A stretch of DNA of 56,662 nucleotides, counting the filler, from Dugesia japonica (lineage: Eukaryota): NCBI GenBank assembly GCA_001938525.1. It is 4 parts of 4 records of this genome, joined end to end, with 100 filler letters (N's around TTAATTAATTAA, not from the genome) between each part and the next. Parts side by side here need not be neighbours in the genome. Positions count along the whole stretch, not along the records: positions 21,736 to 38,014 come from MQRL01600664.1; positions 38,115 to 56,662 come from MQRL01608046.1; 2 more parts are not named here. One strand, 5' to 3'. Under the pieces are notes generated by a model. It had not been told where the DNA came from and made no database searches. It worked only from the letters and a program-made list of their open reading frames with translations. The translations under genes were made by a program, and so were the position numbers. Shown here piece after piece: positions 34,733 to 48,345 of this stretch. The first letter of the stretch is position 1; each line of letters begins with the position of its first letter.

Positions 34733-37700
34733 GTAATTTTTAATTTTGTATTATTACGATTTTTTTAAATATTTTATTTTCATTAAAAACTTTTAAAGGT
34801 TTTATTTTGATTTTATTTTATTTATATGTTTTATTCATTACAATAATTTAATTCTTGGCAATAATTTCAAACTTCGTCTACTTTCCGCAATTATTTATCT
34901 GTTAATGAATATTTAAATAAATCTTTTTTATGACGTTTCTAAACTAAATAAACTCAAAATATTATTTTATCTAAACCACTGAAACCCAGATTATTTAAAA
35001 TTCTACGTAATTTTAATAATTTATATAATCAAAAAAAATTTAATTTATTCTAAAAGTACTTTTATATTAAATTAAAAAATTAAAATATAAACTCAAATAT
35101 AAATCCTGATTCAAAAATTTAAAATCTAATCTTTAAATAAAATTTAATATTTATCTTAAAAATTTAAAAATAACTTCCGAAAATCAAATCTAAAAAATTC
35201 AACATTCTTAAATATTTTAAATTATCGTTTTAAGAAAATATTACATTTACAAAGTGTTTCAAAAACCAATTTATTATGGGTATCTATTTTTAAAATCCAG
35301 GTTTCTTAGCAGTTGAGTTTGAAATTTATTCAGAATCAAAATTGATAAAAAAAANNNNNNNNNNNNNNNNNNNNNNNNNNNNNNNNNNNNNNNNNNNNAA
35401 TCTACTGATAAGTATTCTTTTGAGATTTTTTTCAATATCAGATAAAATTCCAAATTCATTTTGAAATAAATATCATTTTTTTAAAATCATATCCACTTCC
35501 ACGCAATTCACATATCAAGCTCATTACCATAAAACTAATGGTGATCACTTTCGTATTGACTTATTTTATTGATAAAGTTTGTTATTATTTCATTTGTGCA
35601 TGAATGTAAAATATTAATAATCAATTTCATTAATAAAAAAGAATGCTTTTTGTTAGCAATAAAGTAAAATCAGTGATTAATTTAGGATTTTGATTTCTGA
35701 AGATATATATAATTTAATTACCTTATGTTGTATTGCTTAGAACAAATGTGAACTAATTAAAATCAATTCAAGTGTAGATATTATAAATTTACAAGTCATT
35801 TTCAAGTATTAGAGTATATTAGTATAAAAGTAAGCTCTCTGAAATGTTAATAATACACAGATAAAATGATTTAAAAAAATTAAAGTATTTTCTTTTTGTT
35901 TTTAAGTGATAGGTATTGATGATAATTTTGTAAATTTCCAGCATAAAAAATTTCGCTGTGAAATTAAGTCCTATTTTATGATTGTTCTATCTGATCAATT
36001 ATTCATTTTAACTTTTGGTATTTAAAAACAGTTAAGATTAATTTAAATAAATCAAATAATTACTCTCAGTTGGCATTTAGTAATTTTCGACTTTTAGTAA
36101 TTATGGAAGAATACTTTTTTGCACGCCGTGATAAACATGCCAATCTACATTAATGTAAACAGAAGAAACTTCAATACTGGATAAAATAATTCAGTTGAGC
36201 AGCGTAGATCGGTTATAACAGCTAGCAAGACTCCAACCGTGGCCTAACTATCAATACTTGAGGATTCTTCACGACCTGAAAAAACACAATCAAGTACATC
36301 TGGTCATTTGAATAAGAATCTGTTAGTGAATCTTGCGTTTATTTTTGACGATCAAATGCTAAATGCTGCATATTATTAATAAGATATAATATTTCTAAGA
36401 GAAGTTGAAAGAACTAATACACAAGAACCCGGAATTGAAATGGTGGATAATTATTTGGATTAGAAATGCGCAAAGTTATATCTACCCAAACACGACTCAG
36501 GCTTGCTCATTGTTGTACTAACAAAATCCAAGCCACTTAACATTCGAGATCGAACGAGACTGAGTGTACACTACTTAGTATATCAGTTAAAAATTCCTTT
36601 GTAAGTAAATATCTGGTAATTTTTCACAAATTAATGGTTTGCGAAGGAAGTTTACAAGACTTTATACAGTTTTTTAAATCAAAGAATTTGCTGATCTCAT
36701 CAATGCTGTGAAATTACTGTGAAGTTGATATAAATCAGACAAGAAAGACATTTATAAGAGATATAATTGTATGAAAATGCCGAAATAAACAATTTAATCT
36801 CTAAGACTGAAACATTCCTAAGAGAAATTCTGTTTTTTAGTAGTTTCACAATTGATCTTAAAACTTAGTTACTAGAAAATGTTAAAAATCTAACCCTGAG
36901 GTAAATTTTTATTAAGATTCAAAAAACGATTTATTAAGTTGTTTATTAATTGAAAGCTTATATAATCTTATTTAATTTGCTCCACAAATTTTTCTTTAAA
37001 ACATTTCTAAAAATATTAATAAAAAATTCAACCATTTTTATAAGCACTTTATTATTTTCTGAAAACACAATATTTGTGATTATCCAAGATCACAGATTCC
37101 TCACAAAAATGACTGCTTGTATCTAAATTGAATCAATCTGAATCGCAATTCAACATTTTTATTATTATTTCCCATTTTTTCATTAAAGTTTTAATAAAGG
37201 TTCTCTGTTACGCTCTATTATTTAATAAATATTTTAACATTTATTTTTCATTGTTAATTTTATTTGTATTCCCATCGGATGAAATGAACAATTTAATTGT
37301 AATTTTGCTATAACAATAATTAATAAATCAAATCGATTGGTGATTTTATTGAAATTTGAGTATTTATCATTGATCGAATTGATAATTTGTTATCTCTGTG
37401 TAAATGACTATTTTTTGTCTTTACAATGTATGTATGTAGTTGCATAAGGTGAGATAATTAATCTCACATTTTTATTTGCATAATTTTGTAATAGATTTGA
37501 AAAAATTGTGTTTAACACAAAATTAGATTTGTTGAAAATTTGTCATAATTGCTTCAATAAAATCTTTGATTATATTTTCACTCCTCAGCAATATCTTATT
37601 TTTTAAAAAAATAATCTTTCTGAGTTCAATGTAACTTTATATTTTGGTTTATCGATTCATTTTTGCAAATGAAAATATCTGATAATCAATAAAATGTTTT

Positions 37701-38014
37701 AAAGTATAAAGAATTAAGAATAAATAATACAACTTTATTGAGCTTAGTAACAATAGAAAAATCAGACCAATTGTATGGATATTAGAGTTACTCAAAAAAA
37801 TAAAATAATAAATTAGAACATTAACTTAAGTGGTTTTGAATACCAAAACATTATTAATAGATGTCTTACAAATGAATCGATTTCATTATGTTTCCATCTT
37901 TGTTTGAAATGACCTAAAATTTAAATATTTTAATATGTTCAATATCGATAAATATCGTGCTAATCAGTCTTATTTCTTGGCGAAATTTTTATTTTGTATT
38001 TTCTTTATTTTATA

Positions 38015-38114
38015 NNNNNNNNNNNNNNNNNNNNNNNNNNNNNNNNNNNNNNNNNNNNTTAATTAATTAANNNNNNNNNNNNNNNNNNNNNNNNNNNNNN
38101 NNNNNNNNNNNNNN
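38015..38114. other. Artificial contig linker
   Basis: N44-TTAATTAATTAA-N44. Confidence 0.95.
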
Positions 38115-39168
38115 TAATATGGATGAAACCTGTTTATTTTATCGAGAAATTCCTTCAAAGACCATTTCTAATAAAAACAACAAAATATATAAAAAGATTA
38201 ATGATTTTATGAGCTAAGAAAGAAAAATTTTATTGCACTTGGACAATGCTCCTTGCGATAAAAGTAACATTGAATTGTATTTTTTACCACTCAATAGTAC
38301 GGATATTTTTCAATCACTAGACTCTGAAATTATAAAAAGTTTTAAAGTTCATTATAAGAAATTTTTATTGAGAAAGGCATTGGCTTATTTTGAACAGATT
38401 AATGCTACAGAAGAATGTTTTAAAAATATTAGTTTGAAAGATTCAATTATTTTTGCGAGCAAGGCATATAGTGAAATATCTAAAGTAATGGATTGAAAAT
38501 TGTTGGATTAAAACTAGTCTTTTGACTCAATTCAACGATGAAATAAATATGAACGATATAAATAATGAATAAAAAAATACAGAAGATGCAATCAGAGAAA
38601 TGTCAATTTCACTCAATGATGTGTTATATGATGATGTCTTAACTGCTCAGGATTTTATTGATATTGAAAAAGTTTATGATTCCGTTGAAATAGAAGAGAT
38701 TGAAGCTCAGTTTTTACACAATCAATATCACGAAGAAGATTTTTTTTAGAAGAAACTGCGTTTAATAAAGAATAAGTTGAAAGAACAAATAATGTTATAT
38801 CTGAGTCGGTTATAGAATTTAATGATAATGTAGATAATATTTCAAAAAGCAAAATATCATTTAGGGAGGTATATAAAGAATTCAAAATTTACGAAGATTA
38901 CATCAATCAGAATTTATCCGACTCTGAATAATTATTATTTTAAAGGAGGCTGAGAATATTTTATTTAATAAAATGAACAAAAAAAGAAAGCAAGGGAAAA
39001 TAACCAATTTTTAATTAAAAAAAAACTAGTATGCAGTGTATACTTTTATTAAATATATTTTACATTATTTTTAAAAAAAATTGTTATTATTTTTACTTCC
39101 CCCCATAACGCCAAAAATATTTATTTTAAGCAATTCCAAAATTTTGGCGGCATAGGTAGGGTTGACTG
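38115..39168 (+). mobile_element. pogo/Tigger-like transposon, 3' part
   Basis: NMDETCLFY, LDNAPC, FLPLNST..QSLDSEIIKSFKVHY, KQGKITNF; terminus GGTTGACTG|TA. Confidence 0.9.
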
Positions 39169-39391
39169 TAATTAGTAGTCTACTTGAAAAATAAAAAAGC
39201 TCATCAAAATAAAAGCACTTAATAATTGTTTATGGTAATTGATATAGTTTTATCATTTTTTTTTGACGATTAAATTTATATTTTCATTAGGCAATACTTA
39301 ATTTGGACTAGCAATCAAGTTATTTCATTAAATCAATCTATTTTAAGCACTGGATTTTAAAATACAATTTAATAAATCTTATTATTAAAAG

Positions 39392-39400
39392 TTATTATTA

Positions 39401-39463
<63 letters not shown>

Positions 39464-39513
39464 NNNNNNNNNNNNNNNNNNNNNNNNNNNNNNNNNNNNN
39501 NNNNNNNNNNNNN

Positions 39514-39580
<67 letters not shown>
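39392..39580. repeat. (ATT)n microsatellite
   Basis: Direct reading. Confidence 0.95.
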
Positions 39581-41197
39581 GCTAGTTGTGTATTACGATT
39601 CCAAAAGTAATTTTCAAATTAATGTATTTGAAGCTACTCTTTGTTTACAATAAATAAATAAAATATAACTGAACTCAATATGAAATGTTATGTAGCTGAC
39701 ATTTAATAATCCAGAGTATAACAACTGTTTTCGAATTTTCAAAATATTTCTACTCTTCTTATCTTTAATTAATATTTTTTTTAAATTTTCTTTTATTTAC
39801 ATTTGATTAATTATTTTATTTATTGCGTTTTTGTTGTGTTACCTTTCAACTTCTTTACCTTCGTTTTTGTTTTAATTTTTTATTTCCAAATCTTCTAAGT
39901 TTTATAAAAACTTTTGCCAGATTTTTCAAATAACTCTTTCATGTTTCTCCGTCATTCGGATATCCAATTTATCAATTGTAATATTGTGTCAGAATACAAA
40001 TTGTGATTTGTTAAATTCAAAACAAAAATTTCTATTAATTAGTGCTCACTATTATTCTAATTTCCACGCATAAAAATGATGGAACTAAAAATTTTAGTTT
40101 TTGTTTCAAAATTTCTTAACAAATGATATGCTACTCATAATGATGTAATATTAATCGAATTTATTGATATTTTATTTGGAAAAATAAAACTTTCATATCA
40201 TTTATTCGAAAAATAGAATTAAATTTGTTGTTTAATTGAAAAATAGAATTTATTTAAAAAATAAAAGAATCAATGAAAACATAAATTTTAAATAATGAGA
40301 TAAATTCAAAAATAAATGTATTTTCAAATAGTTAAATGAACAAAAATTTTGAAAAAATAAAACCAAAAATAGCAATTATATTTAAATATTTTGAAAGGTT
40401 TTCATTTTACTAAAAGAGAACTATGATAACTGACGAACAACTTTCGTAGAAAACAAGACATTTCAAATGTCTCTCTCATTATGAATAATAGTTTATATAA
40501 ATTTAAACAAAATACTTCATTTCAAATTATTGTTTAAATTATAAACGATCATATCAGTTCCGGACTAAGGTTTTCAGACGCCCTTGTAATATAATTTAAT
40601 TCAATCCTAAAAACGATCAATAATAAATATTTAAATGTTTTCAATGTAGAATTTTAGTGTACTTTGGTTATTGAACGGTACAGAAAACAACGAATTAAAA
40701 GTTTATTAATGAAAGTTTTAAAAATCTTACGAATAGAAGAATGGAACCCGAAACGCATCGTTAAATGCATCTAATAACTTACATAAACAAATGTAGACAC
40801 TTAAACTATCTCACCAAACCAATCCGGTTCAACGTATATATATGAATTTCATCTACTTATAAACTTTCTTTTTTATTAAAGATATTAAATTTATGCGACA
40901 AATCGTAAAAAAGACTTTGTAGAGTGAACAAAAAACTTGTGCACTGTTTTTTATTTGACCAAATATACAAATTTTTTCCTTTGAAAACGATAATAATTTT
41001 GCTTGCGGTATTTGGTACATTTGTGATCAAGATAATTAAAGTATTATATTAAATGTTGTTTTTAAACGTTAAACGTTTTCGATTGGTATTTACAATAATT
41101 TTAAAATAATGAATACCTTTATATTATATTCTTACTGTAATTTATATTTAAATTAAATTTAAAAACATTAAAATCGATAATTTTGTATTTATTATAC

Positions 41198-42098
41198 CAG
41201 TGGTTCCCAAACTATGCGCTGTGGCTCCATGGGGAAGCGTGATTGTGTAACATTGGCACCGTAAGAATTTTCTCATATTAAACATCTTCTATAAAAGTAG
41301 CAAATCCAAAGTACAAATAAAAATTCATTGACTTATGTTCGAAATTTGGTGTGACACCAAACTATAAATTTTATAATTTTTTAATAATATAGCAGTAATA
41401 ATATGATATATTAGATTGGTGCATAATTATTGCGACATTTTTCTATAAAAATTGGCTTTTATTTTAATTTAATGGATTTTATTATTTTAGAAAACAATCC
41501 TCTCTTTATAGATAGTATAGATAGTAAAATACAGAAAGTCATATCCATATTCGTCAAATCATTTTGTACCACTTTGAAAACAGTTGGAATGCAGCACATT
41601 TATTTCGGGATCTCAACAAACTAGAATCTATTGTAGAATCTATCGCCAATAACGGCTGGGAACTGCTTCCTCATCCGCCGTATTATTATTATCCAACAGA
41701 AGTCTCTATGGACTATCACGTCAATTGATTGCTGAAATATTGGGTCGCGAACAACGTTTATGACGACTTGCATGACTTGATGGTCGCCGTCAAAGACTTA
41801 ATTGCCTCTAAGAACAGCAAAGTCTTCGCCCATAGAATCGAAGCAGTAAATTGGAAGCAGTGATTAAAGTTGGTGGTGAACACGCACCGAAAAATTAATT
41901 TAAAGATGTTTTGTTAACTGTTGATATTGCTTTTGTTGAATAAATTTTGTTTGATTAAGAAAAGCCACAATAATCTAATAATTAACTCATGATTTGAAAA
42001 AATACATAAAAATAAAACAATATTTTGATTTGGGACACCGTGGAAAAAATTTGATATACTAAGGACGCCACGAATCAAAAAAAGTTTCGGAACAATTG
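41198..42098. mobile_element. hAT (Charlie/Buster-type) MITE carrying a nested mariner
   Basis: TIR CAGTGGTTCCCAAACT / AGTTTCGGAACAATTG; TSD TATTATAC/CATTATAC. Confidence 0.8.
41411..41978 (+). mobile_element. Internally deleted mariner
   Basis: TA|TTAGATTGGTGCA..., right TIR partly deleted; GWELLPHPPY..DYHV..IASK. Confidence 0.8.
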
Positions 42099-44280
42099 CA
42101 TTATACTAAATAAATTAACGGAATGTTTTTTTTATAAATCAAGTCTTTTTTAAATAGAAGGATGTAGTTTTCCAGAGTTTAATTTAATCACAATTCAACT
42201 AATTTGATTTAATTAATTTAATTTGAGTAAATAGTGTAAAAAATAATCATTTAAAATTCTATTTTTAATTTCTAATTTCAAAATTTTCACGATTTTATTT
42301 TCTTGATAATTATTTGATTGGGTTTTGATGAAGTTGAAAATTTTCAAGATTATTAAGACAATTCAAATTTTTTCAATCAAAAACATATGGCAAATAATAT
42401 TTAGAGAATAAATTAAATTATAATTTGAAAAACTAAGTAGATAACTAATGAAACTTAATTATGGATTGAATAAATTTATTAAATACTTTACAATTGAAAA
42501 TTATATTATATTTACTTTATAGTAGTTATATAATGTTCTATTAATATCCATAAATAAACGAAATTTTCTAAAACATATTTTATAATTTTTAAATTCAATC
42601 CAAAACTTTGTTGAAACATTTTTCCTAAAAATTACAAAATGAAATATTCAAGCTTGGAAACGATAAATAAATAATTGATTTTTATGGTGATTCTTAAAAT
42701 TAAATTTCAATTTTAAACACTTCGAAAATTCGTTTTGATACTTTTGATTAAAAAGAAAATAAAACATTACGAAAATTAATAGTGCATTTGAATTTGAAAA
42801 TAAATTTAAAATGTAAAATTTCAGAATAATCATTTAAATCTTTATTAGGTTTTAAATTATAAACGCATAATTTATTAAGTGAAATAAATTTACCTTTTGT
42901 TCTTTAAGTTGTAAGGATTTTGAAAATCTCCTTTCAGTCCATTTAACACTCATTAAAAAAAATAACTAATCAATATTATAAATGAAATTATACTATAAAA
43001 CTATTATAGTAGAAGGTGTGCTTAAGTTTTTCTATCCAAGCAATCAATGACTCATTCAACGTCGACCAATTAAAAAATGCGGAAATAATTTTCTTAAAAT
43101 AAATATGATCCATTGAAAATAGTCAATTTTTATTAATATGAACTTTCTCAATGAAAGTATGCAAACAGAATTAAATAAAAATAATAATGCTAATGTATTT
43201 TTTAAAAAAATAACAATAATAATCGACATTAATTTGAGGTTAAGAATGAGATAAACAAATTTTTAGGCAAATATAATCGATAATTACCATCACAATGAAA
43301 TAATATAATAATTTTAATTCAATACCAAAATGTCTTTTATTGAAACATCACAATATAAATAATTCTTATAACATATTTCAAAAAATATTTCATTAATCTT
43401 TTAAAAATTAAAATCTAAATTATAGTAATAATGTTAATACTGGTTTCTTAAATAGCATAACAATTATAGCATAATCAATAAGACAAGTTAATATTACAAA
43501 GTTTATCTGTTGTTTAGTAAAAAATAATCAATAATAAAATTTTTATCACAAATAAACTTTATAATAATATTAATAAATTGTCAAACAAATAAGTCTTAAA
43601 AAATTTGTCATAAATAAGTTTACATAATTGCACAAAAGCCAGCATGTGGTGAAGCCTTTTCAGACGTTTTTGCTGAATGTGTTCTGCAGAGGAAGCGATA
43701 TTGAGAAATTCGTCAAGCGGTGTGAATTTTATTTTCAAGCTAAAAACATCACCCAGGTAAAATAACAGGAGAGATTAGTCTCTTGTTGGTTAGATGAAGA
43801 TTTGTTGGAAGAATATGCAAAGACGTTGAAATAAGTTAAAGGTTTTTAGGCTCGTTTACGTATGTCATTTGAGAAAGAGAAAGATGTTATCAAAGACTTC
43901 CAAAATTTGATTAATCACAAGTGTGGAAATGAAGAGATTCAAGTTTATTTTAAAAATGTAAAAGATTTAGTAAAATATTATTTACGAATAAAGATTTTAC
44001 TGAGGAAAAATGGTAGCCAAGATGGTGTTATACTCTTCAGATAACAAAAAAGTTGAAGGAGAAGTGACTTTGCGGAAGTGACAGAATATTGAAGAAATTA
44101 AAGAAATAATGACGTTAGTAGATCATGTAGAGAAAAACAGAGATCAAGTTGATGCAGTTAGATGTTACGCTAGAATTACAAGTCGAAATTATCAGAAACT
44201 TGTAAATCATACATTGAATAGACATGTGGATCAAAGAAAGGAAAAAAAATATCGAATGTTGGTTATGTCATAAGATTGGT

Positions 44281-44377
44281 AACGATCAATTTAGAACTGG
44301 CTCAGACCAGAGGAATCCGTCTGTCTTATTAAAACAAAAGCGTTGCGATGGCTGATGAACGGCTTTGACGCAACGTG
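44281..44377 (+). rRNA. 28S: Fragment of eukaryotic 28S (LSU) rRNA (non-functional insertion)
   Basis: TTAGAACTGGCTCAGACCAGAGGAATCCGTCTGTCTTATTAAAACAAAAGCGTTGCGATGG...TTGACGCAACGTG matches the conserved LSU core after D8; the GCGTTGCG/CGCAACGT helix is preserved. Confidence 0.85.
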
Positions 44378-45094
44378 GTAGCTTTAAGATCAGGGCTAGA
44401 AATAGCAAAGTATATCAGCAGAGATGGTGTTAAAACTGATTTGTCTAAAATAGAAGCAATAAGAACATTAAGCAGGCCTAACTACATGAAGAAGTTGCAA
44501 AGCTTCTAAGAAATTTGTAATTACTATAGAAAGTTTATAGAAAACTACGCTAAAGAATCAAGGATCTTAGATCAAGATATTGCAGTTGGGTAACGGACCA
44601 AACAACAAGAAGTTAGAATGGACAGATGAAATAAATGATACTTTTGAAGGCCTGAAGATAACCCTAATGACTGCGCTCATATTGTGTTTTCCAGACATAA
44701 ACAATGAATTTATATTAGATACAGATACCAGTTTCGATACGATTGGAGCAGCATGATCACAGAGAGATGAAGAAGGAAGAGAAAAAGTTGTTGCCTATGG
44801 TGTTACATCACACTCAATGGTGGGTCATGAAAAGGGATATTGCATTACACGAAAGGAATTATTGGCTGTTTATTATTTCTGTATGCATTTCAAACATTAC
44901 GTGTACGGTAGAAGATTTAGTCTTAGAACAGATCACAAAGCTCTAACCTTCATGATGACAATGAAGAAAGAAATCATGTCACAATTCCAAACATGGATTA
45001 ATTATCTGAGTAGTTTAGACATTGTTTTGGAATATAGAAAAGGAATTCAACAATAGTATTGCAGATATGTTATCAAGACAAAGATGTGTACAGT

Positions 45095-48000
45095 ATCAAA
45101 TATATTTTTTAAAAATATCGAGTTTCCTTTTTAAAATATTTTATATATCATAATTTCATAAAACATTTGTTATAATTTTATAATTTTACATAATATAAAA
45201 TATCGATTTTACTTTTAAAGTATTTTATATATCATAATTTCATAAAACATTTTTTATAATTTTATAATTTTACATAAAATATAATATCTATTTTGATTTT
45301 AAAATATTTTAATTTCATAAAATAATTTTTCATAATTTTAAAAATTTATCTTCACTTTTTATAATAATATTTAAAAGTTTCAGAAATAAATTTTAAAATA
45401 ATATATATGTATATAAATTAAAAAATCTCAGACATTTGAAATCCATGAATCGACCATACATCCCCCCTTTTTAAAATGTTTTTTATTTTTTGCACATTTC
45501 TTTTGATCGTCTTGCCTTCTGAATTCTTCATGAATCTGTTTTATCACCTCGTATAGACCTGTGTATTTTTTTTGTCTTTGATTTGCTTTCTGTCTTGATT
45601 AGGACCTCGTCTCTAACTTGAAAATGTCTCTTTGTTGGTGTCAAGTCTTCAGCTTCTTCATTCTTTTCTCAATTATTGAACCATCTTTATGTATCTTCTT
45701 ACCGAATATCACTTCTGCCTGACTTATTTCCGAAGTCTTCAGGCTTGTTGCATTTAGGGTAAATTCGATTTCTGATATTAACTCTGCCCAATTTTTATTC
45801 TTTTTATCTTTTAATGTTGCGTTGATGTAATCTATGATCGTCCTGAATTGACGTTCTACTATTTCGTTTGAATTTTGATGATATGGACTTGAAAATTAAA
45901 TCGTTATATTCATTGAATTTGTCATCTCTTTGAAGTCTTTCGATTCGATCAAGACATAATCTAACGTCGTTCCTTTCTTTTTTCCAAACACATATTAACG
46001 GAGTGTTCCATTGCAAATTACACTTTCTAATAATGCTATTGTCAAAAAAAATTCTTGATAGCTTCATCGATCTTATTTTCTAAATGCATTGGTTGTCTCC
46101 ATGGTTTTGAATTTATTGGTTCTCTATTTGTGATTATTTGATGTTCTTCAATTGTTGTTCTACCGATATTCCAGTTGTCTGCCATGAATATTCCTTTATG
46201 AATCATTATAACTTTCTCTAAATTCTCATTTGACTTGTTAATCAATATTTTTATTGCTCTTAGTACTCTCTCTTCATCCGTTGTATTACGTCCATACTTT
46301 GATTCTATAATACAAAGATACATTTCATTATCCTCATATTTAGTTTCTCTCAGCAGTTGGAATCCAAACTGTTTCTGTATTTCTATTCCTCCAATTAGAT
46401 TTGGATGTATCTCTATCACCACAATTTAACTGTTTTGCTTTTATTCTCGAATTTAACTTCTACCTTTATCGTACCGACGATTTCAAGTGGACTATTATTG
46501 GCACATCTTAAATTGTCTTCACTTTTTAATATATTGACTTCTCTCAATCTTTTCAATATTCTCAAACTCATCACATTAACTCTTGTTCCAGTGTCTAACA
46601 AGCAACCAACTTTTACACCTTGTATTTCAACCGTTATACTTGGTCTACCTTGCATCTTGTCATAACTTATCTCTTNTCGCTTTATCTCTTTTATCGTCTG
46701 AATTTCACTGTCATCTTCTCCATTTATATCATTAATAATCTTTGATTGGCTACTAATCAATTCTTTCTTTACAAACTTATAAAATTTTTCTTTTACATCA
46801 TTGTAATCATCTAATCGTTTATCTTCGTTTCTTTTATTTATCTAATTATTTATACTACATTTACTATAATTAACAATACTGCGATTTTTTGGGATACTTA
46901 ATTCAACGCTCCGACAGTCTTGACTTCGGTCAGAGCTTGGCCATTTGAGTATTCATCTTGATAATTATTTGACCTTTCATTACATGCACAATCTTTCCCA
47001 TTTTCTTCAATTGAATTAACGTGACTTCCATTCATCTTTGTATAATTATTCGTATTATTTGAATAATATCTTTGTTTACCATTTCCGAATTCTTTTCGGG
47101 CCTGTTCACTTTTGTTTTGATAACTAAACTGTCTGTTCATATTTGTTAAGCAGTCCTTTGCGTAATGGCCTTTCTTGTTGCATCTTGAGCAACTAACTTT
47201 GGTACAGTCTCTTCTCAAATGTTTTTCGGATCCACAAGCATATCACTTCTTTTTTCTTTCTTGACAATTTCTGTTTACATGACCTATTTTGTTACAGGTT
47301 CAGCACGTGATTAATCATCTTTCGCTTTTTCTGTTCTTTTGTATTCCTTCATTACGATTCGTGTTGAAATTTCTTTGTTCTGNACTTCTGCAAACAGCAT
47401 CTCTGTAGTTACGAACTACATTTATTTCTTCAGTTTTTACTTCTTCTTTTTTATCTTCCCACTTCTTTATTGCTTTAAATACATCTGCTACTTTTTCTAT
47501 TTTTCCTGATTTGACTTTATTTTTAATCTTTCTGTCATTGCAACTATTCATTATTAGCTTTTTTGTTAAGTCATCTTTGTTCCATTTATGAGCTATTAAC
47601 TTCTCTACCACTTCTTCTATCTTTTTCTTATAGATACTCACATGCTCTATATTCCTTCGATAATTTAGAACTTTCTCCATATCTTTAAGCATTGTAGATG
47701 GTCTAAAGAAATACTTTCTTCAAATTCTAATGCTTCGTCTTCATTTTCATAGATTTTACTCAGTTCTCTATCTTTGAAAGCAAGTACAAACAAACTTATA
47801 TGTCCTTTCTTTGTTCCGGCAATATCAAATAATTTTGTTGTCTTCAAAATAAATATTTCGACATCATCGCCCATTTTGAAAATTCCAAAGTGCATTGCTT
47901 CTTTTAGCAAATCCAATGATGCGTCGGTCGTCATATTAGTTAAATTCAAAATCTCACAACTCTCCATAAAGTTTTATTGATTATTACAAGTTTTTTAAAT

Positions 48001-48345
48001 GAAAAATGATGAAGAACAATTCACAGTATTCAACTAAATAATTTGAGAAATTTTAATCAAATATATTTTTTAAAAGTATTGAGTTTCTTTTTTAAAATAT
48101 TTGATATATCATAATTTCAAAAAATATTTGTTATAATTTTATAGTTTTACATAATATAAAATATCTATTTTGATTTTAAATTATTTTAATTTCATAAAAT
48201 AATTTTTCATAATTTTAAAAATTTATCTTCACTTTTTTCAATAATATTTGAAAGTTTCAGAAATAAGTTTTAAAATAATATATTTGTAATATATATATAT
48301 AAATTAAAACTCTCAGACATTTGAAATCCATGAATCGACCTTAAA
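45095..48345 (-). mobile_element. Nested internally deleted Ty3/Gypsy with two LTRs
   Basis: LTRs 45095-45460 and 48056-48345; PPT AAAAAGGGGGGA|TGTA; gag with three CCHC knuckles; protease LLDTG; RT start VRLCLD fused near 45947 to integrase SSPYHQNSN.IVERQFRTI. Confidence 0.93.

Noticed and set aside
40545-40590. Mariner-like terminus GTTTTCAGACGCCCTTG|TA
   Set aside because: No partner TIR or transposase sequence found.
44281-44377. Functional rDNA locus or R2-type insertion target
   Set aside because: Only ~97 nt, embedded in Gypsy sequence, with no flanking rDNA or non-LTR element.
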